DNA of 64,000 nucleotides from an uncultured Collinsella sp. (GTDB lineage Bacteria; Actinomycetota; Coriobacteriia; Coriobacteriales; Coriobacteriaceae): NCBI GenBank assembly GCA_905209455.1, contig CAJLTA010000004.1, positions 33,006 to 97,005 of the forward strand, read 5' to 3'. Shown piece by piece: positions 62,603 to 64,000 of this stretch (position 1 is its first letter; each line of letters starts with the position of its first letter). The notes under the pieces were generated by a model. It saw only the letters and a program-made list of their open reading frames with translations, ran no database searches and was not told where the DNA came from. The position numbers and the translations under genes were made by a program.

Positions 62603-63196
62603 TTAGCGCTTGATCTCGATATCGTCGAGCTTGACGTCCATGGCCTCGGTCTTGGCCTCGGCGATGTCGTCGGCTAATTCCAGAGACTTCATCATGGTCT
62701 CGACGGCGTCCTTGTGCTCCTCGACGTTGTCGATACGCACATACACACTGCCGCCGTCAACGTCGGTGAAGTATTCGGTCGTTACGCCGCCCGAGTGTGT
62801 ATAGGAAGCGTTGCGCCAAGTCTTGCCGTTGTACTTGACGGGGTCATTCTCGGTCCACTCAAAGCTGGCATTCCACTTTGCCTCGTAGTCGAACAGTTCA
62901 TCGGCGTTCTTGTCAGAGTCGAAGACGGGGATGAAGCGATCGCTGGCGTGCTCGCTCTCGGTGAACTTAAACTGGGCCCTGTCGGCGGTGTCGCCTGCGA
63001 CGTCGGTGATCTCGACGCCCTCGGGGACCTCGACCTTAAACCAAATGAAGTCGGTCCTCATATCCACGGCTGGCTTTTCTGCTCCACCGCCACCGCCACT
63101 TCCGGTAGCGCCGCCGCTGCCACCGCAGCCCACCAGGGCAACTGCGGCAAAGAGGCTTATGCAGAGGGTGAGAATCGCAAAGGCCTTCTTTTTCAT
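62603..63196 (-). CDS. Lipoprotein of unknown function.
   Basis: Signal peptide plus lipobox LVGCGGS and a Gly-rich linker. Confidence 0.7.
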   Translation of the reverse strand: MKKKAFAILTLCISLFAAVALVGCGGSGGATGSGGGGGAEKPAVDMRTDFIWFKVEVPEGVEITDVAGDTADRAQFKFTESEHASDRFIPVFDSDKNADELFDYEAKWNASFEWTENDPVKYNGKTWRNASYTHSGGVTTEYFTDVDGGSVYVRIDNVEEHKDAVETMMKSLELADDIAEAKTEAMDVKLDDIEIKR

Positions 63197-63657
63197 GGTC
63201 GTGTCCTCCTCGATCTGTAACCGCCCACGGATTACCTGCCTTTACTGTACGCGTGGACGGCTCGCTAGGGTGGGCCATGTGTCCCATTCTGGGGGCTGGA
63301 ATTGCGCCGACAAGTGGCAATATGTGCGGTCGCAAAAGAGGGGAGGGCCGATGCTGTCGGCCCTCCCCGGGGTGAGGTGCCCGTTGATTTAATGGGGCGC
63401 GCGTGCGTGGGCGTTGCCCCAACAGGTTCCTTGTTTATAGATATGCCTCAGTTTTTGACGTCCGGAAGTCTCGAAAGGTGGGCCATGTGTCCCATGTTTG
63501 CGGTGCCGACGCCTATCGTTCGTCATAGAAATCCGCGATGGCCAGGTGCGCTGACGCTCATGTACTTATGGGCTAGACTTAGCACCATTATGTGATTGAT
63601 GCGGTCGGTCGGCGGTTGCCACCCGACCGATGTATATGACTTGAAGGTGCGTGCGTA

Positions 63658-64000
63658 TGAGCCAAGAGATGATGGATAAAACCTGTCGAGAGTTTGCCCA
63701 AGCGCTGGCTGCTCGCGAGCCGGTTCCCGGTGGCGGTAGTGCGAGCGCCTTTGTGGGCGCACTGGGCGCCTCGCTTTGCGGGATGGTCGCCCGCTACGGT
63801 GCGACCAATCCCGCGCTTGCTGATCGTGCGGATGACCTGGCGCGCGCGTTTGCTCAGGCTGATGAGCTGTCCCAGGAGCTTGTCGAGTTGGTTGCCGAGG
63901 ACGTTCGTGCCTACGGGCAGGTGTCCGCGGCGTACGGTATTCCGCGTGACGATCCGGCTCGAGCGACCGCGATTCAGGATGCGCTGCATGTGGCCGCTAT
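63658..64000 (+). CDS. Cyclodeaminase/cyclohydrolase family protein (FtcD C-terminal / FchA-like), partial at the window end.
   Basis: Read by direct translation: MSQEMMDKTCREFAQALAAREPVPGGGSASAFVGALGASLCGMVARYG. Not in the track because it runs off the end. Confidence 0.7.

Overview
This ~62% GC window looks like chromosomal DNA of an anaerobic actinobacterium, probably class Coriobacteriia. The gene content fits: a group A2 [FeFe]-hydrogenase, formate-THF ligase, superoxide reductase, sortase-type LAxTG anchors and twin-arginine lipoproteins. I could not search any database, so the taxon is a guess. Most of the window is a housekeeping backbone, densely coded on both strands. In order, the main genes are: a truncated copA (P-type Cu ATPase); a DEAD-box helicase with a long RGG tail; a flavodoxin/ferredoxin gene; a PTS alpha-glucoside operon (crr, licT-like antiterminator, EIICB, GH4 6-phospho-alpha-glucosidase); a hydrogenase pair (NuoF/GltD-like flavoprotein plus HydA); an ABC transporter; ygiQ; yoaK; fucO; an M42 peptidase; mnmA; cysK with a divergent Rrf2 regulator; yerC; addB-addA; dnaE; a SWIM-SNF2 helicase; sor; a NadE-like pseudoenzyme; ruvCAB with a LexA box; fhs; a CDF transporter; and the start of a cyclodeaminase. 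Interleaved with this backbone are accessory or unusual modules. (1) A Ser/Thr kinase plus FHA-protein cassette is bracketed on both sides by arrays of an ~80-bp palindromic repeat carrying 16-bp terminal inverted repeats. (2) A DinJ/RelB-like antitoxin gene is translationally coupled to a CPBP (Abi/CAAX) intramembrane protease gene. (3) An AT-rich islet holds a Cys-rich 63-aa ORF overlapping a LURP-one-like protein. (4) A solo HTH-HipA (YjjJ/HipH-like) kinase is present. (5) A second 27-nt inverted-repeat family occurs at two loci, and a ~65-nt nested-hairpin repeat flanks the flavodoxin/ferredoxin gene. (6) A TAT-secreted, sortase-anchored PI-PLC sits in a lower-GC tract. No rRNA, tRNA or CRISPR array was recognised. 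Many long antisense ORFs in the six-frame track are high-GC artefacts and were rejected. Coordinates of CDS features include the stop codon, as in the ORF track.
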